64,000 nt of DNA from an uncultured Gammaproteobacteria bacterium (GTDB taxonomy: Bacteria; Patescibacteriota; Microgenomatia; UBA10105): assembly GCA_964412165.1 (NCBI GenBank), contig CAYPMW010000001.1, positions 16,316 through 80,315 of the forward strand, given 5' to 3'. Below are positions 1 to 10,432 of the stretch, piece after piece; position 1 is the first letter of the stretch, and the number at the start of each line of letters is the position of its first letter. Under the pieces are notes generated by a model that worked only from the letters and a program-made list of their open reading frames with translations, was not told the DNA's origin and searched no databases. The position numbers were made by a program, and so were the translations under genes.

Positions 1-1434
1 ATTTTATTTTTCATCTTCGTTATATTAACATCGATATTTTTAGCTTTTTGGGAACTGGATCAGGTTGATCTTGAAGCGAGTGAGGATATATATATAGCAG
101 ATAGTGTGGGATATCTGCGTCAAGATCCGTATATTGTTCCCCGGCATCATCTGCGAAAACCACATGCTCCAGCGAGTCCTCACCCTTTTTTTGTACAGTT
201 ACTCACATATCTTGTTTTTAGAATATTTGGTTTATCAATATTTTCTGCCAGACTACTCCAAGCAAGTTCATTAATCATTACCACGCTCTTGGTAATGTTT
301 ATTAGTTATCAGCTATATAAATTAAGTATACTAGCTATTTTTTCAGGTTTTATCTATGCAACTATTCCTTTAGTAGTTCGATTTAGCAGAATGGCGGTAC
401 TTGATCCGATGCTAGCACTAATAGTTGCGTTAGGTATGATTTGGTCATGGTCACTTATTTCAGTCAGAGGGAGACACATCTATATTTTTGCAGGTCTTTG
501 TGGTTTAACTCTTGGAATATCGGCGTCAATAAAATTAACTGGTATATTTTACTTTATTCCTTTTGTGATACTACTGTTTCTGTTTTTTATTAAATCTCGA
601 AAAATATTGTATATCAAGGTTTTTTTACTTTTTCTATTCAACGGAGCATTAGTATTCGTATTATTTAATGATCCTTATTCATATATTTACTCCTGGGCAA
701 ATTTTTCAGATCCAAAATATAAAAACATCTCACTTACAGCAATATTAAAGGGTCCTCTGGCATTTCGTTATTGGTACCTGTTCGTTATATCACTTATTGG
801 CTTTGGGATTGTATCAGTATGTATTATCGCAGCTATCCGGTACCGTAGATTTTGGATTTCAAATGAACGAGTATTTATACTTACTTGGTTACTGTCGCCA
901 ATTATTTATCTTATTCTTAACCCCCCTCATATAACCGGGCTTAGTGCTGAATGGTCGTACGTACCGGTGTTTGTTCCTCTTTCACTCATTATAGGAAAAA
1001 CGTTAATTGCTCTGATAAAACGCCAGAATGTAGCAGTCAAGATAAGTGTCATCTGCTTATATTTTGCAACAACCTTTGTGCCTTTACTGAGTTATGGATT
1101 ACGCTTTAAACCAATGCCGCTTGCGTCGTTTCTTCACGCACGCAACGTGGTACGCAACGATTTAGCAGTTACTAAAACAATCTATCGATTAAATCAAGAA
1201 TCACGTAACATTTTAGTGCTTGTACAATTAAAAAGCGTCGGATTTCCACTATGGTTACTTAATGATACGATAAGAACCGAACCTATGTATCGTTCAATTG
1301 ACGTCTATGATTTTGTGGTGACGGATAATCAGGATCTTATAACGACAGTAATTGGTAACGGGTTCACTGTTGTCTCACGTGAAAAGAATCCTACTGAAAG
1401 CGAAATAGTGCTACTTAAAAAAGGTTTGAACTAA
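1..1434 (+). CDS. GT-C fold integral-membrane glycosyltransferase (PMT/ArnT-like), 5' partial at the window edge
   Basis: The reading frame of ORF 106..1434 stays open back to base 1 with no upstream stop. Hydrophobic helices are spread over 440+ aa, as in GT-C enzymes. The family is assigned from architecture only. Confidence 0.45.
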   Translation: MLFFIFVILTSIFLAFWELDQVDLEASEDIYIADSVGYLRQDPYIVPRHHLRKPHAPASPHPFFVQLLTYLVFRIFGLSIFSARLLQASSLIITTLLVMFISYQLYKLSILAIFSGFIYATIPLVVRFSRMAVLDPMLALIVALGMIWSWSLISVRGRHIYIFAGLCGLTLGISASIKLTGIFYFIPFVILLFLFFIKSRKILYIKVFLLFLFNGALVFVLFNDPYSYIYSWANFSDPKYKNISLTAILKGPLAFRYWYLFVISLIGFGIVSVCIIAAIRYRRFWISNERVFILTWLLSPIIYLILNPPHITGLSAEWSYVPVFVPLSLIIGKTLIALIKRQNVAVKISVICLYFATTFVPLLSYGLRFKPMPLASFLHARNVVRNDLAVTKTIYRLNQESRNILVLVQLKSVGFPLWLLNDTIRTEPMYRSIDVYDFVVTDNQDLITTVIGNGFTVVSREKNPTESEIVLLKKGLN

Positions 1435-2841
1435 CCGCTTACAAGGTAATAATGTAATTACTAAGGGTATAAACCAAAATCCAATCAGTAACTCCTTCAG
1501 CCCCTGGGGAAATGCACTTACTTTATATGATTTATACGTTTCCAGCAAAATATTTCGCGCGGGTACCCAATTTATCACGCAGTTTTTCCCCATATTTCTA
1601 AAATTACTCCATGGAAGTTCTACTTGATTGGAAAAAATTGAATTTGCATTAATATAAAATTCGCGATCTGAATAATCAAGTGCATACGGAGCAGTGAAAT
1701 ATTGATTAATGAAAAATATTTCAATAATGAAACTCATTAAAAAGAAATAACGATTTGATTTTTTTTTAAATAATATATTCGCGATGGTTTGCAGTCCAAA
1801 AACGATAAAAAAGGATGTAAAGGGGACAAGTAATGCAATTCGATGCAGTATTTCCCGATTGATGAATTCACCTTGGATTACACGCGCGTGGATGAAGGAA
1901 ATGGAAATTAATACCGCAAATACCGGAAAAATAAGCTCATATTTCTGTTTTTTTATGATAGTAAACATTCCGAGAAGTATTAAGACTACTTTTCCAATAC
2001 TTGTGAGTGTTAACGTCTTGCTTAACCCAAAAAAAACTCCCGCGTAATAGAAAACAGCCGCGACATAAGTTTGTAAGTTAGTATAAAAAGAGGGGGGATT
2101 GAATGCTGTTGCAAAAAGACTTGGAAATAATCGACCAGTAGTATAAACACTTAATCCAATAAACGGCAATATCAATAAAGCAACTGGAGCAATTATTGAT
2201 ATAAGCGAATATTTTTTTCCGGATAATTTGACGATATCCATCACCTGCAAGGCCCAAACCGTGACACTGAAATAAAGCGCAGTTTCTTTGCTTAAAATAT
2301 TAAGACTTAAAAACACAGACGACAGAAATAGATACAATTTACTTCTAGAATTTTTCCATCTCAAGTGAAAATAAATTCCAGATAAAGACCATGCCACGAC
2401 AAACACATCAGCTTTTAAAGTAGAAAGCGCATACGTATCGAAAAAAGGAAAAAATATCGGTAACGAAGCAACACAAAATGCAACCCGAGGCTTAAAAAAA
2501 TTCAGCGCGATTAAAAATATAAAAGGAAAAATAAGAAATCTCGGTATAAAATATACAATATAGATTGCTTTTAAAGTATGTCCGAATAACGCAAAAGAAA
2601 GAGTAAGGAGTAAGGGAACTAGTGGAGGACGTGCCTGTAAACCGGTCAATTGAGGTAAACCCGCGTAATTGTTTAACTCAATAAAACAATATTGTTTTTG
2701 GACATATAACCCATCGGCTTCACCAAGGATTTCTAAAAAGTCCTTTTCAAGAAGATGTATTCGCATAAAAATAGGAATCAATGACAGAATGCAGATTGAG
2801 AGGAATAACCACGAATTTACAGAAAACTGTTTAAATTGCAT
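1411..2841 (-). CDS. GT-C fold membrane glycosyltransferase, ArnT/PMT (GT39/GT83)-like
   Basis: 476-aa ORF that is hydrophobic across its whole length (about 12 predicted helices), with the loops and long C-terminal periplasmic-like tail typical of the 4-amino-arabinose/mannosyl transferase family. Convergent with gene 1, overlapping by 24 nt. Confidence 0.5.
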   Translation of the reverse strand: MQFKQFSVNSWLFLSICILSLIPIFMRIHLLEKDFLEILGEADGLYVQKQYCFIELNNYAGLPQLTGLQARPPLVPLLLTLSFALFGHTLKAIYIVYFIPRFLIFPFIFLIALNFFKPRVAFCVASLPIFFPFFDTYALSTLKADVFVVAWSLSGIYFHLRWKNSRSKLYLFLSSVFLSLNILSKETALYFSVTVWALQVMDIVKLSGKKYSLISIIAPVALLILPFIGLSVYTTGRLFPSLFATAFNPPSFYTNLQTYVAAVFYYAGVFFGLSKTLTLTSIGKVVLILLGMFTIIKKQKYELIFPVFAVLISISFIHARVIQGEFINREILHRIALLVPFTSFFIVFGLQTIANILFKKKSNRYFFLMSFIIEIFFINQYFTAPYALDYSDREFYINANSIFSNQVELPWSNFRNMGKNCVINWVPARNILLETYKSYKVSAFPQGLKELLIGFWFIPLVITLLPCKRLVQTFFK

Positions 2842-3073
2842 ACATATTGAAGTAAAGTAGTTTTTGTTTGCGTAAATCGGTCATCAAATTCCCTATTACG
2901 GTGTGATAATTTTGATTTTAATATTTTGTTACCTTTGTGACTTACAAATAGATGAAATTATTTCTAGTATTCGACATCAAGTATTTCTTTGTCGCATATT
3001 ATAACAATCGATAAAAACTGTCATTCAAGATTCAGTTAAGTAAATGTTATACTCTATTTAGAATTTCTTAAAA

Positions 3074-3859
3074 ATGAAATCCGATCTTACGATTCACATG
3101 ATCGTTAAAAACGAAGAACAGTGGGTGTGGTACGCAATTAATTCAGTACTTAAATTTATTGATCAAATAATTGTTTACGATACTGGATCAAGCGATAATA
3201 CAATAAATATTATTAAAACAATAAAAACCGGCAAATTAATTTTCTCTGAGCTGGGAAATCTTACAGCGCGTGAATTAGTCATACTCCGGAATGATCAGGT
3301 ATATAAAACAGGCACCTCTTGGTTTATGTTGCTCGATGGAGACGAGGTGTGGTCGCAAGCGGGGATACAAGAAGTTCTGCGGAGGATTAAAACGACCCGA
3401 TTACATATATCAGCTTTTATTTCGAAAACTTTAGTGCCCGTTGGTGATTTATTTCATTACCAATCTGATAATGCTGGAAAATATGTAATAAAAAAAAGAC
3501 AGGGGCATTTCAACCTAAGAATTTATAAAAAGATGGAAGGATATCATTGGGAAGGCACATATCCTCTTGAAGCATATGTCAACCGAAGAGGCAAACCAAT
3601 CCAGTCGGAAGAGGACAAACTTGAATTTTTAGATGAACCCTATTGGCATTTGACTCATTTGAAACGCAGTAGTATCGATACTCATATGAAAAGAAAGTTA
3701 GAAGTTGGAGGATATAAAAAAATATATTTACCCGAAGTATTTTTCTACACGAGACCCTGTACGATTCCCTCGCCATGGATATCTTTTGATAATAAGGAAT
3801 TACTTCTAGCTCAGTTTTTAACTCCGTTGATTAAAGTTAAACGAAAACTCGTAACTTGA
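3074..3859 (+). CDS. GT2-like glycosyltransferase (GT-A fold)
   Basis: The N-terminus is HMIVKNEE...YDTGSSDNT and there is a DxD-type motif LLDGDEVW; both are typical of family-2-like nucleotide-sugar transferases. Confidence 0.55.
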   Translation: MKSDLTIHMIVKNEEQWVWYAINSVLKFIDQIIVYDTGSSDNTINIIKTIKTGKLIFSELGNLTARELVILRNDQVYKTGTSWFMLLDGDEVWSQAGIQEVLRRIKTTRLHISAFISKTLVPVGDLFHYQSDNAGKYVIKKRQGHFNLRIYKKMEGYHWEGTYPLEAYVNRRGKPIQSEEDKLEFLDEPYWHLTHLKRSSIDTHMKRKLEVGGYKKIYLPEVFFYTRPCTIPSPWISFDNKELLLAQFLTPLIKVKRKLVT

Positions 3860-3872
3860 TGTTTTTAAACTA

Positions 3873-5078
3873 ATGGAAAATGTGCAAAAGCATAATAAAA
3901 TTATACTCTTAATTACTTTTGGATTATTTCTTCGCCTTATTTTTATTAATCCAGTGCCAGCTCCAGATGCCGCCTCATTCGTAATCTGGTCAGACTATTT
4001 ACACTCTCACAGAATTGCCGATTTATATGAATTTTTACCAAATGGGTATCAACCTTACCCACCGGCATACTATTACGTACTAAAATTTCTTGGATTTCTT
4101 ATATCATTTCTCAAAATACAAAATAATATGTGGTTCGCTCTACTTTTAGTTAAAATTCCTGTATTTATTGCGGATATCGTTGTTGGTCTCCTTATATATA
4201 AATTAGTTCTAGATTGGAAAAAAATTGAGACTAAAGCATTGACGGCAAGTGCATTTTATTTCCTACATCCAGCCGTTATATTTACAGTGTCTGTATGGGG
4301 TCAGATAGACTCGATTATTATATGTTTAACAATGTTAAGTATCTTACTGATTGTAAAAAATAAAACTTTTGCAGGACTAATGTTGTTCACTATAAGTAGT
4401 TTAGTCAAACTACAAACATTTGCCCTATTGCCATTCATGATTTTTTGGTTATTAACCAGAGTTTCACCGAAAAAATTAGTTTTATACATGTTTAGTTGCG
4501 CGTTACTTGTAATACTTCTATCATTACCGCTTCTATTACCTAAAGGCATACATTGGACTCTTTCTTATTATTATAGTTTACCCAACCAATATCCATATAC
4601 ATCCGTGTATTCCTATAGTTTATGGGCTTTATTCGGATTTATGCAATCTGATGGAATAAAACTATTTGGAATACCTTATAAATATGTGGGAATTGGTCTT
4701 TTCTGGATTATCAGTTTTATGATTCTATTACCAATGCAAAAACGAAAATTACATTTTAATTTAATTTTTTTTGCTATATTTTTATTATGGTTTAATTTTG
4801 CTTTTTTTTCAACCCGGATGCATAGTCGCTACTTGATTTATTCATTAGGTTTTATATCAATTTTCTTCCCTCGATTTTCAAAATTAGGAATTGGACTCTC
4901 AATCCTTATGCTTCTTAATTTATTACTACCTCTGAATAATCCCCAATACGTGTATGTGAATCAGATATTAAAAAAACAATTAATCGTCCAGATTTTTGTT
5001 TTATACGCACTCGCTTTATTTGTCTGGAGCATGAAGATTTATTACCAAATGATCAATGCAAAGCAAAAACATGAATAA
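3873..5078 (+). CDS. Polytopic membrane protein, GT-C-like (DUF2029/PMT_2-like) glycosyltransferase
   Basis: 401 aa with at least 10 hydrophobic helices and an aromatic-rich first loop (YEFLPNGYQPYPPAYYYVLKF). The specific family is uncertain. Confidence 0.4.
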   Translation: MENVQKHNKIILLITFGLFLRLIFINPVPAPDAASFVIWSDYLHSHRIADLYEFLPNGYQPYPPAYYYVLKFLGFLISFLKIQNNMWFALLLVKIPVFIADIVVGLLIYKLVLDWKKIETKALTASAFYFLHPAVIFTVSVWGQIDSIIICLTMLSILLIVKNKTFAGLMLFTISSLVKLQTFALLPFMIFWLLTRVSPKKLVLYMFSCALLVILLSLPLLLPKGIHWTLSYYYSLPNQYPYTSVYSYSLWALFGFMQSDGIKLFGIPYKYVGIGLFWIISFMILLPMQKRKLHFNLIFFAIFLLWFNFAFFSTRMHSRYLIYSLGFISIFFPRFSKLGIGLSILMLLNLLLPLNNPQYVYVNQILKKQLIVQIFVLYALALFVWSMKIYYQMINAKQKHE

Positions 5079-6405
5079 AAAAATTATTTATTACCTGGGA
5101 GTAATACTAATTGTACACGTTTGGTTATCGTATGAGGTAAGTTTTACTGCGTGGCCTGAAATGATAACTTATCCCTGGTTGATGGAAAAAGGATTTCTAC
5201 TTTATACCGACGTAATACTACCTTACTTACCATTATTACCCTGGACTTTATTTATTTTTTTCAAGGTATTTGGATTTTCTATAAACAATTTGCATCTTTT
5301 TACGATCATATGGTTGGGAATGATAGATATTTTCATATTTATGATAATCATGAAAAAAAATGGTATTTATCCGGCAATAATCGGTACACTTTTCTTTATC
5401 ATAACCCAATTTTTATTAGAAGGAAATGGATTATGGTTCGATGAATTTGGGATACTATTTATTTTAATAGCATATTTTCTAGTTGAATTTACGAAGGTGT
5501 TTAAGGGTAAATATTTTTTGATGGGTGCACTCATTGGCCTGGCTTTTTTAGTAAAACAAACATACATCCTATTCTTAATTCCTCTATTAAAAAACTATTT
5601 TCCTCATTATAAAAAAATAATATCTATAATTATTGCGGCATTTATCCCATTAGGTGTAGTAATGACCTATTTTTGTATTAATCGACAGTGTCAAGAGTTT
5701 ATGTATTGGAGCATATGGCATCCATTATTTGTGCATTCGCGAATCCCGGGTTTTATGTTACCGCCAAATCGGCGTGAGATTATACTTACTTTGCTGCTGT
5801 TTTTACCTTACCTCGTAATTTTTTTTAATAAACACACACGACTTTGGATAATGGGACTTATATTGTCGTCGTTTCTTATACTTCCACGATTTGCATATTT
5901 TCATTTGATTCCGGCATTAACGTTCGTGAGCATATTATTACCTGAAATTTTAAAAATCAAAAAAATTAAAATGTTAACAGTGATGTATCTGCTACTGTTT
6001 TTCAGTTTAAGCGCATTTTTTATTATAAAATCATGGCAGAAACCAGTGCGCTTTTTTGATCCTGAAGTTTTGAAAGATAGGAATCGATTAGCTGAATCGC
6101 TTCCAACAAATAGTACTATTTATTTTTATAATATACCGGCACATTATTTCGTCATGACACCTTTTACTCCTATTAAGCCATGGGCAGATACGTTTCCGTG
6201 GTATCTGGAAGTGTCTGGCGTCCAAGAGCAAATAATTCAGTCATTACACGATACTCAATATGTGGTACATACACCTTTTCAGAACGAGGGAGATTTTATT
6301 CCCGGCACTTATAAACCGAAGCTGATAAATAAATATTTTCAGGAACATTTTTCACTGCAATCAATGATTACTCCTCAGTTACTCCTATTTAAGCGAGTAT
6401 ACTAA
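5056..6405 (+). CDS. Polytopic membrane protein, probable GT-C-type glycosyl/mannosyltransferase
   Basis: 449 aa, hydrophobic throughout. It overlaps the previous gene by 23 nt in a different frame. The family is inferred from the genomic context and topology only. Confidence 0.35.
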   Translation: MQSKNMNKKIIYYLGVILIVHVWLSYEVSFTAWPEMITYPWLMEKGFLLYTDVILPYLPLLPWTLFIFFKVFGFSINNLHLFTIIWLGMIDIFIFMIIMKKNGIYPAIIGTLFFIITQFLLEGNGLWFDEFGILFILIAYFLVEFTKVFKGKYFLMGALIGLAFLVKQTYILFLIPLLKNYFPHYKKIISIIIAAFIPLGVVMTYFCINRQCQEFMYWSIWHPLFVHSRIPGFMLPPNRREIILTLLLFLPYLVIFFNKHTRLWIMGLILSSFLILPRFAYFHLIPALTFVSILLPEILKIKKIKMLTVMYLLLFFSLSAFFIIKSWQKPVRFFDPEVLKDRNRLAESLPTNSTIYFYNIPAHYFVMTPFTPIKPWADTFPWYLEVSGVQEQIIQSLHDTQYVVHTPFQNEGDFIPGTYKPKLINKYFQEHFSLQSMITPQLLLFKRVY

Positions 6406-6430
6406 CTGTTAACATGTTACAATTTAAACT

Positions 6431-7492
6431 GTGAAAATCGCTTTTTTGTCGTTTTATAATGGCCGAGTAGATAGAGGAGTGGAAGTCGCTACACGGGTTT
6501 TGGCTAAAGGTTTATCGCCACTATTCGATGTAACATTATTCCAAGCTGGGATTAATCAAATGTACGATGTAAAAACTGTCGTATTAAATTCGCAGAAAAA
6601 TTGGCCTGAGGATTCAAGTAATTCATTCTTAAGAATAATATACCTTGATTATTACAGTATAAAGATTTTGTGGTTTACACTACTTTTCCTGCCCTATTTT
6701 ATAAAAGAACGGTATGATGTAGTTGTGCCGACTAATGGAGGATGGCAAAGTGTCATACTGAGGCTCGTGACATGGCTTTACCATAAAAAATTACTTGTGC
6801 AGGGAAACGCTGGAATAGGAAGGGATGACTGGTGGCAATTAGCATGGAAGCCTGACGAATTTATTGCGATCTCACCTCAGGGTTATAAATGGGCTAAAAA
6901 AGTGAGCGCGTCAACCAAGATCCGATATATTCCCTTTGGTGTGTCAGTCGGGCAAATTCTAACTGCCAAACCTGCACATGTTGCGTTAAACAAACCTATT
7001 GTTCTATGTGTGTCAGCATTACTTCCCTACAAAAGAATTGACCTACTTATTCGAGCTGTTTCATTACTGCCGGATGTAAGTTTACTGATTATCGGATTCG
7101 GACCAGACGAAAAACGCATAAGAGATCTAGGTGAAAAAATGCTTGGTAAACGAATTAATCTCTTGACTGAAGTAAAACATAACCAATTATTTTCTTTTTA
7201 CAAGTCAGCTGATGTATTTTCGCTTCCCAGCGCATCAACAGAGGCGCTCGGAATAGTGTATTTGGAAGCTATGGCAGCGGGTTTACCTATAGTAGCACCT
7301 GATGACTATCATAGAAGGTCACTTTTGAAAGATATAGGTATATATGTGGATCCGACTGATGCACCGGAGTATGCGCGCGGAATAAAGAAAGCCTTAGAAG
7401 TTAGCGATAAAAATAGAATTATTGAATTCGCAAAACAGTTTGACTGGGACAAAATCATTCAGACATACGCAGAAGTAATAAGTTCAATGTAG
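6431..7492 (+). CDS. GT4 (GT-B) glycosyltransferase
   Basis: GTG start. The C-terminal motif EALGIVYLEAMAAGLPIVAPDD is the EX7E-type GT1/GT4 signature. Confidence 0.7.
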   Translation: MKIAFLSFYNGRVDRGVEVATRVLAKGLSPLFDVTLFQAGINQMYDVKTVVLNSQKNWPEDSSNSFLRIIYLDYYSIKILWFTLLFLPYFIKERYDVVVPTNGGWQSVILRLVTWLYHKKLLVQGNAGIGRDDWWQLAWKPDEFIAISPQGYKWAKKVSASTKIRYIPFGVSVGQILTAKPAHVALNKPIVLCVSALLPYKRIDLLIRAVSLLPDVSLLIIGFGPDEKRIRDLGEKMLGKRINLLTEVKHNQLFSFYKSADVFSLPSASTEALGIVYLEAMAAGLPIVAPDDYHRRSLLKDIGIYVDPTDAPEYARGIKKALEVSDKNRIIEFAKQFDWDKIIQTYAEVISSM

Positions 7493-7495
7493 TCT

Positions 7496-8329
7496 ATGAA
7501 ATGTAGTGTAATCATACCAGTTTATAACGAGGCATCCGTAATTCTCGATTGTTTACAGTCACTCATTAAACAAACGGTCAAAGCTGAAATTGTAGTAGTG
7601 GATGACGGGTCAACTGATCAAACATCCTTACTTATTAACCAAATTGAAAGATATCTTCCGCTGAAATATCTAACACAAAAGCACCGTGGTCCCGGGGCCG
7701 CTAGAAATTTAGGTGTAATAAATGCGATGGGTAACATACTGGTATTTGTTGATGCCGATATGACTTTTGCTCCTGATTTCATTGAAGATCTTATTGCACC
7801 AATAATTCAAAGTAATACTAAAGGGACTTTTACCACCGAAGAGTTCGTTTCAAATTGGGGAAATATATGGGCGCGATGTTGGAATTTTAATAATAATTTA
7901 TCCGGTAAAAAACGACTTCCTGATAATTATCCTAATACTGCACCGGTTTTTAGAGCGATACTCAAAAGTGAATTTATAAAGGTTCAGGGATTTGATGAAG
8001 AGTCGGGTTGGATTGATGATTGGACGCTTTCGACGAAACTAGGATATAACTCTGTAGCAACAAAGGCTATTTGTTATCATAAGAATCCTGATAATTTACA
8101 CGAGGTTTTCAATCAGGCTATATGGATTGGTAAAAATGAAAATATATCGGGAGATTTAGTGAAAATTATTACAAATGTTCTGCGGTATAATCCAGCAGCA
8201 AGTGTAATGGCCGGGGTGATAAAAATGATACGGTTTAAAGCGCCTGCTTTCGTAATTTTTAAAATTATATATGATCTCGGAATTTTGGTTGGGATATTAA
8301 AAAGTTTTACGGGAATACGATATAGATAA
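7496..8329 (+). CDS. GT2 glycosyltransferase
   Basis: CSVIIPVYNE...VVVDDGSTDQT...VFVDADM are the classic GT2 N-terminal motifs. Confidence 0.75.
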   Translation: MKCSVIIPVYNEASVILDCLQSLIKQTVKAEIVVVDDGSTDQTSLLINQIERYLPLKYLTQKHRGPGAARNLGVINAMGNILVFVDADMTFAPDFIEDLIAPIIQSNTKGTFTTEEFVSNWGNIWARCWNFNNNLSGKKRLPDNYPNTAPVFRAILKSEFIKVQGFDEESGWIDDWTLSTKLGYNSVATKAICYHKNPDNLHEVFNQAIWIGKNENISGDLVKIITNVLRYNPAASVMAGVIKMIRFKAPAFVIFKIIYDLGILVGILKSFTGIRYR

Positions 8330-9720
8330 TGATACTGATTATTTTAGCAAGTTTTATTATTCGGATGGTAAGAATTGATCAATCTCTTTGGCTTGATGAG
8401 GCTGCTCAAGCTATTGAGTCTGCGCGTCCTCTGTCTCAGCAACTTGATATTTCCGGAGATTTTTGGCCACCACTTTATCATATTCTTCTTCATTTTTGGA
8501 TCAGCTTTGGCAGATCTGAAGAATGGTTGCGCCTACTTTCTGTGATATTTGGGGTCGTCACCGTTTATGTCACCTATTTATTTGCTAAGAAAATAACTAG
8601 CCATAAAACTGCTCTATTTGCAGTGATTTTATTGGGTAGTTCACCATTTCATGTGTGGTATTCACAGGAAATTCGACCTTATGCGCTGTCTGCTTTATTG
8701 GGCCTTTTCGCTACCTATTTTCTATTTAATAAAAAGTGGCTCATATACGCTTTTATTAGCTGTGCATTTCTTTATACAATTTATCTAGCCCCTTTTTTGC
8801 TTTTTGCTCATGGAATATGTATTTATATTTTTGAAAAAAAACACTTTTCTCAATGGTTAATTACTGTGAGTCTTGCGGTCGTATTTTTCCTTCCATGGTT
8901 ACCACAATATTATAATCAAATATCAATTGGTAGGGGATTGACTGTCACCTTACCGGGTTGGAGTGAGGTAGTAAGCACTCCACTTCTCAAGGTAGTTCCT
9001 TTGGTTTTCTTAAAATTTTTGATTGGGAGAATTTCTTTTGATAATAAATTTCTTTACGGAGTGGTAGGACTTCTGCTTTTTTTATTCATCGCACACATCT
9101 CATATCAAGCTTTTCAAAAAAACAAAAGATTATTCGGTATAATATCTTTATTTATTGGAGTGCCATTCATTGCGGCATTTTTAGTAAGTATTTGGTTGCC
9201 AATATTGGCTCCACAGAGATTACTTTTTACATTACCATTTTTTTATATTCTCATTTCTTTAGGAGTAATGACCCAGAAAAAGCACCGAGTATTTTTAGTA
9301 GGGTTCTTATTAGTGATACATAGTTACAGCTTATACTTGTATTGGACCCAGCCGCGTTTTCAGCGCGAGCAATGGCGTCAGTCTATTCATTATGTGGAAA
9401 ATAATAGAACATCATCCTCGCTTGCACTTTTCGCATTTCCTGATGCTTTTGCACCATGGCAATGGTATACCAAAAATATGGTCAAGAGTGTTGGTGTAGC
9501 GCCTACGTTTGTTATTGATCCTATGGAGCTTAAAAAATTTGATCCGGTGATCTCTCGCGCAGATCGTCTATTTGTTTATCATTATCTTATGGATCTGACT
9601 GATCCATATAAATATCTTCCTCGGTACCTGCGTTCCCTGGGATTTATTGAGGTTAAAACACGTGATTTTCCTGGAGTTGGCTTTATCACTATCTATGAAA
9701 AAGCTGTTGCATACTATTGA
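8329..9720 (+). CDS. GT-C glycosyltransferase, GT39 (PMT/ArnT)-like
   Basis: 463 aa, polytopic. The first loop carries the DE motif (IDQSLWLDEAAQ) characteristic of PMT/ArnT GT-C enzymes. Confidence 0.55.
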   Translation: MILIILASFIIRMVRIDQSLWLDEAAQAIESARPLSQQLDISGDFWPPLYHILLHFWISFGRSEEWLRLLSVIFGVVTVYVTYLFAKKITSHKTALFAVILLGSSPFHVWYSQEIRPYALSALLGLFATYFLFNKKWLIYAFISCAFLYTIYLAPFLLFAHGICIYIFEKKHFSQWLITVSLAVVFFLPWLPQYYNQISIGRGLTVTLPGWSEVVSTPLLKVVPLVFLKFLIGRISFDNKFLYGVVGLLLFLFIAHISYQAFQKNKRLFGIISLFIGVPFIAAFLVSIWLPILAPQRLLFTLPFFYILISLGVMTQKKHRVFLVGFLLVIHSYSLYLYWTQPRFQREQWRQSIHYVENNRTSSSLALFAFPDAFAPWQWYTKNMVKSVGVAPTFVIDPMELKKFDPVISRADRLFVYHYLMDLTDPYKYLPRYLRSLGFIEVKTRDFPGVGFITIYEKAVAYY

Positions 9721-10432
9721 GAAATTGTTGGGAATCTACCGCTGGCACCCGACAATCGCCCTTCGTTATCTGCCTATTGTTGATGAAATTAAGTCATTAT
9801 CTCTTGAGAATTCTGATATTTTGGAGGTTGGTTCAGGAGGGTTGGGGATTACACCTTACATAAGAAAAAAAGTTATTGGCATTGATGTAGAATTTTCTCC
9901 TCCAATTCACGAGAATTTAATACCTGTAAAAGCTTCAGCGATACGTATACCGTTTAAGGATGATGCATTTGACGTAGTGATTTCAATAGACATGCTCGAA
10001 CATATTGAGGAAAATTACCGCAGGCAAGCAATATTCGAACTACTTAGAGTAACCAGGAAACTATTATGCATCGCAGTTCCTTGCGGGCAGCTATCTCAAA
10101 AACAGGATAGTGAATTAGCTTCTGTATATAAAAAACTACTTAAAAAAGAATTTAATTTTTTTGCAGAACATGAAACATTAGGTCTGCCGGATAAAGACTG
10201 GATAGTCAGTGTAATACATGAAGAAAGCCAAAAACTACAAAAGCAGATTAAACTTAAAACCAACGGGTTTTTAAACTTGGGTTTGCGGTATTTTTTGATG
10301 CGGGGGTGGATATCAAACAATCCATTCGTAAATGTTATTTTCCGGAAAGTTTTACTTATTTTTATACCCTTAATGAGACGATATAATCACGAACCCACTT
10401 ATCGGCAGCATTTTTTTGTTACAATAGGATGA
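9695..10432 (+). CDS. Class I SAM-dependent methyltransferase
   Basis: Motif I LEVGSGGLGI and the post-I acidic residue IGIDVE, plus AFDVVISIDMLEHIEE. The start is set at an internal ATG (MKKLL); the track ORF starts at 9647 and overlaps the upstream gene. Confidence 0.65.
   Translation: MKKLLHTIEKLLGIYRWHPTIALRYLPIVDEIKSLSLENSDILEVGSGGLGITPYIRKKVIGIDVEFSPPIHENLIPVKASAIRIPFKDDAFDVVISIDMLEHIEENYRRQAIFELLRVTRKLLCIAVPCGQLSQKQDSELASVYKKLLKKEFNFFAEHETLGLPDKDWIVSVIHEESQKLQKQIKLKTNGFLNLGLRYFLMRGWISNNPFVNVIFRKVLLIFIPLMRRYNHEPTYRQHFFVTIG

Noticed and set aside
3873-6405. Two adjacent overlapping polytopic membrane genes; a possible single gene split by a frameshift
   Set aside because: Each ORF is a full-length, 400-450 aa membrane protein with its own start. 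The short overlaps match the overlap style seen throughout the window. No shared-domain continuity across the junction is evident.
9660-9674. AAAACACGTGATTTT near-palindrome; a possible parS or operator
   Set aside because: The arm order is inverted relative to the parS consensus (GTTTCAC/GTGAAAC), and it is off by one base from a perfect palindrome. It is inside a coding region. It is probably a chance occurrence.
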